From: an uncultured Haloferula sp.
Lineage (GTDB): Bacteria; Verrucomicrobiota; Verrucomicrobiia; Verrucomicrobiales; Akkermansiaceae
NCBI GenBank assembly: GCA_965652295.1
Contig: CBFGTS010000003.1
Span: 224,001 to 288,000 of the forward strand
Direction of reading: 5' to 3'
DNA: 64,000 nucleotides
In this document: positions 58,094 through 64,000 of the stretch, piece after piece
Position numbering within the stretch: the stretch's first letter is position 1
Layout of the letters: the number at the start of each line of letters is the position of its first letter
Translations under genes and position numbers: made by a program
The notes under the pieces: model-generated
Seen by the model: only the letters and a program-made list of their open reading frames with translations
Databases searched by the model: none
Told to the model about the DNA's origin: nothing

Positions 58094-61000
58094 GTGAAGA
58101 AGCACGCAACCCTCGAGGCCAATGAGGCGGTCGCCTCCGTGGCCTGCCGCCTCAGCGAAACGATCGCCATCTACCCGATCACCCCCTCCTCCCCGATGTC
58201 CGAGCTCGCCGACGTGTTCGAGAGCCGTGGACAGAAGAACATCTGGGGCGCGATCCCGCGGGTCATCGAGATGCAGAGCGAGGGTGGAGCCAGCGCCGTC
58301 TGCCACGGCACCCTCCAGACCGGCTGCCTTTCCACCACCTTCACCTCCTCGCAGGGCCTGCTGCTGATGATCCCCGCGATGTATAAAATCGCCGGTGAGC
58401 TCACGCCCTTCGTGATGCACGTCGCCGCCCGCTCGCTGGCCACCCATGCGCTTTCCATTTTCGGCGATCACCAGGACGTCATGGCCGTCCGCCAGACCGG
58501 CTTCGCCCTGCTCGCCTCCGCCTCCGTGCAGGAAGCCCAGGACATGGCCGCCATCGCCCACAGTGCCACGCTTTCCACCCGCATCCCCTTCCTCCACTTC
58601 TTCGATGGCTTCCGTACTTCCCACGAGGTGCAGAAAATCGAGACCGTCGGCGATGAGGTCCTGCGAGGGATGATCGACGATGAACACCGCCTCGCCTTCT
58701 ACCGCCGCGGCCTCACACCCGATGCCCCGACCATCCGCGGCACCGCGATGAATCCCGACGCGCACTTCCAGGCCCGCGAAGCCTGCAATCTCTTCCACGA
58801 AGCCGTCCCGGGTAAGGTTCAAGCCGCGATGGACCGCTTCGGCAAACTCACCGGCCGCCACTATCATCTCTTCGACTACGTCGGCGCGCCCGAAGCCGAG
58901 AAGGTCATCATTGTCATGGCCTCCGGCGGCGAAACCGTCGCGGAAACCGTCAAGTTCCTCGCCGCCCGGGGCGAAAAAGTCGGCGTCGTCCGCGTTCGCC
59001 TCTACCGCCCCTTCGATCAAGCCGCGCTTCTCGCCGCGCTGCCGGCCACGGTGAAATCGATCGCCATCCTCGATCGCACCAAGGAACCCGGCGCCCCCGC
59101 CGAGCCACTCCATCTGGACGTTTCCTTCTCCCTCACCGAGGCCCTCGAAACCGGCACGCTTCCCTTCCCCATGCCGCGCCTCATCGGCGGTCGCTACGGG
59201 ATTTCCTCCAAGGAATTCACGCCCGCCATGGTCAAGGCCGTCTTCGACGAACTGGACAAGGCCCAGCCGAAACGTCGCTTCACCGTCGGCATCGAGGACG
59301 ACGTCACCCATCTCTCCCTGGACTACGATCCCACGTTCTCGATCGAGTCCGACCAAGTCGTCCGGGCCGTGTTCTGGGGTCTCGGCTCGGACGGCACGGT
59401 TGGAGCCAATCGCAACTCGATCAAGATCATCGGCGAGGAAACCGACAACTACGCCCAGGGCTACTTCGTCTTCGACTCGAAGAAATCCGGCGGCGTCACC
59501 GTTTCCCACCTCCGTTTCGGGCCCGAACGCATCCGCGCGCCTTACCTCATCGATACCGCCAGTTTCGTCGCCTGCCACCAGTTCGGCTTTCTGGAAAAAT
59601 ACGACGTCTTCGACTGCGCCGCCCAAGGAGCCACCGTTCTCCTCAACGCGCCCTACGCGGCCGAAAAACTGTGGGACAAGCTCCCGCTCGAAGCCCGCCG
59701 GGCGATCGTCGAGAAGAACCTCAAGGTTTACACCATCAACGCCTTCGACGTCGCCCGCGAAGCCGGCATGGGCGGTCGCATCAACACCGTGATGCAAACC
59801 TGCTTCTTCGCCATCTCCGGCGTGCTGCCGCGGGATGAAGCCCTCGCAAAAATCCAGGACGCCATCCGGAAAACCTACGCCAAAAAGGGTGAGGAACTCG
59901 TCCGTCGGAACTTCGCCGCCGTCGATATGTCGCTCCAGCACCTCCACGAGGTGCCCATTCCCGGCACGCTCGACGGCCCGCCCCGCGCCGCCGTCGTCCC
60001 CGACCACGCGCCGGACTTCGTCAAGCGCGTCACCGCCGTGATGATGGAAGGCAAGGGCGACCTGCTCCCCGTTTCCGCATTCCCGCCCGACGGCGTCTGG
60101 CCGACCGACACCACCAAGTGGGAAAAGCGCGCCATCGCCCACGAAATCCCCGCCTGGGAGCCGGACCTCTGCATCCAGTGCAACAAGTGCGTGCTCGCCT
60201 GCCCGCACGCCGCCATCCGCGCCAAGTTCTATGATAAGGCGGAACTCGATGCCGCGCCGGAAACCTTCAAGTCCGCCGACTTCAAGATGCGCGATTTCCC
60301 CGGCTCGTCCTATACCATCCAGATCGCACCCGAAGACTGCACCGGCTGCAAGCTCTGCACCGTCGTCTGCCCCGCCAAGGACCGGCAGCAGCCGAAACGC
60401 AAGGCCCTCAACATGACGCCGCTGCTCGATGTCCGCGAGACGGAGCGCGAGAACTACGACTTCTTCCTCAACACCCTGCCCGATCCCGATCGATCGAAGC
60501 TCAACCACGGCGAGGTCAAGTCCTCCCAGTTCCTCCGCCCGCTCTTCGAATACTCCGGTGCCTGCGCCGGCTGCGGCGAAACGCCCTATCTCAAGCTGCT
60601 CACCCAGCTCTTCGGCGATCGCCTGCTCATCGCCAACGCCACCGGCTGTTCCTCGATCTACGGCGGCAACCTGCCCACCACGCCCTACGCCAAGAACCCC
60701 GACGGCCGCGGCCCTGCCTGGGCCAACTCACTCTTCGAGGACAACGCCGAGTTCGGTTTCGGCATGCGTTTTGCGGTCGATCAGAAAAACGAAGCCGCCC
60801 AAGGCCTGCTCGCGGACCTCGCCCCGGAGATCGGCGACGACCTCGTCCGCGACATCCTCGAAGCCGACCAGTCCGATGAAGCCGGCATCGAAGCCCAGCG
60901 CACCCGCATTGCCGCACTGAAAGACAAGCTCGCCAACGCTTCCGGCCCGAAAGCCGCCGGCCTCCGCTTGCTCGCCGACTACCTCGTCCGCAAGTCCGTC

Positions 61001-61678
61001 TGGATCGTCGGCGGCGATGGCTGGGCCTACGACATCGGCTACGGCGGGCTCGACCATGTCCTCGCCCAAGGCCGCGATGTCAACGTCCTCGTTCTCGACA
61101 CCCAGGTCTACTCCAACACCGGCGGCCAGGCCTCGAAGGCCACCCCGATCGGTGCCGCCGCCAAGTTCGCCGCCAGCGGCAAAGGCAGCGCGCCGAAGGA
61201 ACTCGGACTCATGGCCATGCAATACGGCAACGTTTACGTCGCCCGCGTCGCCATGGGTTCCAAGGACAGCCAGGTCGTCAAGGCCATGCGTGAAGCCGAA
61301 GCCTGGCACGGCCCCTCGATCATCATCGCCTACAGCCACTGCATCGCCCACGGCTTCGACCTCTCCCTCGGCATGGACCAGCAGAAGCTGCTCGTCGACA
61401 GCGGTCTGTGGACGCTCTTCCGCTACGATCCCCGCCGTATTTCCGAGGGCCAGCCGCCGCTCATCCTCGACTCCAGGGAGCCGAAAGCCAAAACCGCCGA
61501 CTTCATGCGCAACGAGACCCGCTTCCGCATGATCGAGAAAATGAACCCGCAGCGCTTCAAGGACCTCGCCAAGCAGGCCCAGGAAAGCGCCAAGCACCGC
61601 TGGAAGCTCCTCGAACAGATGGCCGCCATCCATTTCCCCGAAGAAGCCGCCGTGACCACCACGGAGGAAGCAGAGTAA
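58094..61678 (+). CDS. nifJ: Pyruvate:ferredoxin/flavodoxin oxidoreductase
   Basis: YPITPSS, EMQSEGGA, GLGSDGTVGAN, two CxxCxxCxxxCP, GACAGCGE, GGDGWAYDIG. Confidence 0.97.
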   Translation: MKKHATLEANEAVASVACRLSETIAIYPITPSSPMSELADVFESRGQKNIWGAIPRVIEMQSEGGASAVCHGTLQTGCLSTTFTSSQGLLLMIPAMYKIAGELTPFVMHVAARSLATHALSIFGDHQDVMAVRQTGFALLASASVQEAQDMAAIAHSATLSTRIPFLHFFDGFRTSHEVQKIETVGDEVLRGMIDDEHRLAFYRRGLTPDAPTIRGTAMNPDAHFQAREACNLFHEAVPGKVQAAMDRFGKLTGRHYHLFDYVGAPEAEKVIIVMASGGETVAETVKFLAARGEKVGVVRVRLYRPFDQAALLAALPATVKSIAILDRTKEPGAPAEPLHLDVSFSLTEALETGTLPFPMPRLIGGRYGISSKEFTPAMVKAVFDELDKAQPKRRFTVGIEDDVTHLSLDYDPTFSIESDQVVRAVFWGLGSDGTVGANRNSIKIIGEETDNYAQGYFVFDSKKSGGVTVSHLRFGPERIRAPYLIDTASFVACHQFGFLEKYDVFDCAAQGATVLLNAPYAAEKLWDKLPLEARRAIVEKNLKVYTINAFDVAREAGMGGRINTVMQTCFFAISGVLPRDEALAKIQDAIRKTYAKKGEELVRRNFAAVDMSLQHLHEVPIPGTLDGPPRAAVVPDHAPDFVKRVTAVMMEGKGDLLPVSAFPPDGVWPTDTTKWEKRAIAHEIPAWEPDLCIQCNKCVLACPHAAIRAKFYDKAELDAAPETFKSADFKMRDFPGSSYTIQIAPEDCTGCKLCTVVCPAKDRQQPKRKALNMTPLLDVRETERENYDFFLNTLPDPDRSKLNHGEVKSSQFLRPLFEYSGACAGCGETPYLKLLTQLFGDRLLIANATGCSSIYGGNLPTTPYAKNPDGRGPAWANSLFEDNAEFGFGMRFAVDQKNEAAQGLLADLAPEIGDDLVRDILEADQSDEAGIEAQRTRIAALKDKLANASGPKAAGLRLLADYLVRKSVWIVGGDGWAYDIGYGGLDHVLAQGRDVNVLVLDTQVYSNTGGQASKATPIGAAAKFAASGKGSAPKELGLMAMQYGNVYVARVAMGSKDSQVVKAMREAEAWHGPSIIIAYSHCIAHGFDLSLGMDQQKLLVDSGLWTLFRYDPRRISEGQPPLILDSREPKAKTADFMRNETRFRMIEKMNPQRFKDLAKQAQESAKHRWKLLEQMAAIHFPEEAAVTTTEEAE

Positions 61679-61733
61679 GCCAGGAACTCTCTGCGATCCT
61701 CCATCTATCACCCACCATCGACACCTTTCAGAG

Positions 61734-62729
61734 ATGAACCTCGAAACCTCCTACCTCGGCCTCAAGCTCAAGCACCCCATCATCCCCGGGGCCGGACCTC
61801 TCACCGGCGACGTATCAAGCGCCCGCGAACTTGAGGACTTCGGCGCGCCGTGCCTGATCATGAATTCGCTCTTCGAAGAGCAGATCGTTCGCGAGCAACG
61901 GGCCGCGTTCGCAGCCATCGATGAAGCCGAGGACACCTATGCCGAAGCCCTCAGCTACCTGCCCGAGCCGGAGGAATACCGTCTCGGACCGGAGGACTAC
62001 CTCGCCCGCATTTCTCATCTCAAATCGGCGGTCGATATCCCCGTCATCGCCTCCCTCAACGGCATCACCCCGGATGGCTGGCGCGAATATCCGAAGCTGA
62101 TCGCCGCCGCCGGTGCCGACGCGCTGGAGGTCAATCTCTACCACCTTTCCTCCGACAAATACGAGAGCTCGGCCGAGGTCGAAGAGCGCCTCATTGAATC
62201 CGTCCGCGCCGCCCGCGAGGGCATCGACATTCCCGTCGCCGTCAAGCTGCCCCCCTTCTTCACCTCCATCCCTCATTTCGTCGCCCGCTTGGAGAAAGTC
62301 GGAGTGCAATCCGTCGTCCTTTTCAACCGCTTCTATCAACCGGACATCGACATCGAGGAGCTCCGCACCGAGCCCGTCCTGCGCCTCTCCGATTCATCCG
62401 AACTCACCCTCCGGCTCCGCTGGCTCGCCATCCTCCATGGTCGCACCGAGCTTGAACTTTCGCTCAGCGGCGGCGTCCACACCCCCATCGATGTCATCAA
62501 AGGCCTGATGGCCGGTGCCACCACCGTGCAGACCGTTTCCGGGCTCCTCCAATATGGTCCCGGGCACCTGCGCGACCTCATCGACGGTGTAAGCGGCTGG
62601 CTGCGCGAGCACGAATACGACCACCTCGACCAGCTCCGCGGCTGCATGAGCCACCAGAACTCCCCGGACCCCGAGGCCATCGAGCGCGGCAACTACGCCA
62701 TGGTGCTGCACAGCTGGACGGCCGGCTAA
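61734..62729 (+). CDS. Dihydroorotate dehydrogenase-like FMN protein
   Basis: YLGLKLKHP, SLFEEQI, PVIASLNG, AVKLPP, LFNRFYQPDID, SGGVH. Confidence 0.88.
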   Translation: MNLETSYLGLKLKHPIIPGAGPLTGDVSSARELEDFGAPCLIMNSLFEEQIVREQRAAFAAIDEAEDTYAEALSYLPEPEEYRLGPEDYLARISHLKSAVDIPVIASLNGITPDGWREYPKLIAAAGADALEVNLYHLSSDKYESSAEVEERLIESVRAAREGIDIPVAVKLPPFFTSIPHFVARLEKVGVQSVVLFNRFYQPDIDIEELRTEPVLRLSDSSELTLRLRWLAILHGRTELELSLSGGVHTPIDVIKGLMAGATTVQTVSGLLQYGPGHLRDLIDGVSGWLREHEYDHLDQLRGCMSHQNSPDPEAIERGNYAMVLHSWTAG

Positions 62730-62733
62730 CCTG

Positions 62734-64000
62734 CTACTCCACTTTCACCCGGTAGAAGGCCTTGTCGTCGCCGGACTCGAAGGAGAACCGGGCATTGCCG
62801 GAGCCGTCGATAGTGAGGATGGAGGAATCGAGGGGGAAGTCCGTGAAGCTCTGCAAATCGGAGCTCTTCTGGAAATCCAGCGTGAAGGAGAATTCCCCCG
62901 TGATCTCGTCGCGCGCGAACACGGGCGGCGCGACGTTCACGCCACCGATCTCGGCTTCGAAATACAGCCCCACTTCCGCCATCGCGTCGCGAAGTTCGTC
63001 GGCGTCGTCGCTTTGATCGGTCTCGTAATCGAAGCCCAGATCCCTCAGCACATACTCGGTCCAATCGCTGAAGCCGTCCGAATCACCATCCTCCTCTGGA
63101 GAAAGCGCCGTTCCGGTGAGTTTCAGAGTGAAGGGGGAGTTCAGCACCGAGTCCCCGCTGATCGCAAGGGTCGCGGTCTTCTCACCGGATGCCGTCGGAT
63201 CGAAAAGCAAAGTCACCGTTTGGGTCGCTCCTCCCGCAAGCTGGGTCGGCAGGTCGGCCGGGCCGGAGAAACCCGTGTCGGAACCCGTGAGCGTGACGGC
63301 CAGCCCTTGGATCGGAAGATCCTCGTCGTTTTTCAAAACGAAGCTGACCGAGCCACTGCCGTCCACCTTGACGACGCCCGCATCCAACTCGCTCTCACCG
63401 CTGACGAACGTTTCGCCCGCCACCGACTCCACTCCGATCGTCAGCGCCCCGGTGAGGTAGTAGCTGACGTCTCCTCCCGCCGCGATCCTCTGCACCTTCG
63501 AGACGATGGTCGTCGGAATATCCGTCTGCCCGGACGCATTCGAGCCCCAGGCGAGCACGCTGCCATCATCTTTCAAGGCGATCACATGACTCGCCCCAGA
63601 GGCAATTGCCGCGACGCCGGTCTGGGCTTCCACGGGGACGGTCCCCTGCCCGGCGTTGTTGCGGCCCCAGACAAGCACTTCGCCCCCGGAGGTCAGCGCC
63701 ACGGTATGTTCCGCGCCAGCGGCAATCGCCACCACGCCCTGCTTCGCAGCGGCGGGCACCGTGGATTGCCCATAGATGTTCCAACCCCAGGCGAGAACCT
63801 CGCCCTCGTCGGTGAGCGCCACCGAATGCTCTCCGCCTGCGGCGATGGCCACCACGTCGGACTTCGCCGCCGCCGGCACCACCGTCTGCGCGAACCGCGA
63901 GTAACCCCAGGCGATCACTTCTCCATCCACCAGCGCCAGGCTGTGGAAATCACCGGCCGCCACCGCTTCGGCGGAACTGACCGAGCCCGGCACCGAGGTT
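62734..64000 (-). CDS. Secreted RCC1-repeat / ASH (choice-of-anchor D) protein, 5' truncated by window
   Basis: Repeated AIAAGxxHxVAL..GEV.AWG.N..GQ..VP; Ig-like FDPTASGEKTATL; DGDSDG; C-terminal KAFYRV. Confidence 0.85.
   Translation of the reverse strand, partial: TSVPGSVSSAEAVAAGDFHSLALVDGEVIAWGYSRFAQTVVPAAAKSDVVAIAAGGEHSVALTDEGEVLAWGWNIYGQSTVPAAAKQGVVAIAAGAEHTVALTSGGEVLVWGRNNAGQGTVPVEAQTGVAAIASGASHVIALKDDGSVLAWGSNASGQTDIPTTIVSKVQRIAAGGDVSYYLTGALTIGVESVAGETFVSGESELDAGVVKVDGSGSVSFVLKNDEDLPIQGLAVTLTGSDTGFSGPADLPTQLAGGATQTVTLLFDPTASGEKTATLAISGDSVLNSPFTLKLTGTALSPEEDGDSDGFSDWTEYVLRDLGFDYETDQSDDADELRDAMAEVGLYFEAEIGGVNVAPPVFARDEITGEFSFTLDFQKSSDLQSFTDFPLDSSILTIDGSGNARFSFESGDDKAFYRVKVE

Noticed and set aside
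53602..60508. Long minus-strand ORFs (1098, 415, 845 aa)
   Set aside because: Shadows of the antiporter, DUF4407, methyltransferase and nifJ genes.

Overview
High-GC bacterial chromosomal segment, most consistent with a Verrucomicrobiota member (PVC-type heme protein, murC-murB fusion, Luteolibacter/Haloferula-style gene families; this is inference). Contents in order: the 3' end of a heavy-metal RND pump, a glutaredoxin-MauE gene, asnS, coaD, an arsR-arsP-thioredoxin-arsF-arsG operon and a Na/Pi cotransporter. Next come a CoA-transferase/GNAT/deacetylase triple fusion and an A/T-richer islet (secreted HEXXH protein plus partner, XRE regulator, Y1 transposase remnant, YefM-YoeB). Then ackA-pta, metH, the distal dcw cluster (murG to ftsZ), a sugar-oxidation/rhamnose-pectin locus and nifJ with a DHODH-like gene. 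Intergenic spaces hold several distinct palindrome and short-repeat families. Top finding: metH carries an in-frame 672-nt insert encoding a REP-associated tyrosine transposase (RAYT, HUH) domain. The insert is bounded by 31-bp inverted REP copies that are themselves translated and end on codon boundaries, and the same REP forms a transposase-free doublet just upstream of metH. Second finding: one polypeptide joins a probably non-catalytic CoA-transferase fold, a Pat-type lysine acetyltransferase and a Zn-dependent deacetylase. No rRNA, tRNA or CRISPR array was seen. Family assignments come from motif recognition, not database searches.
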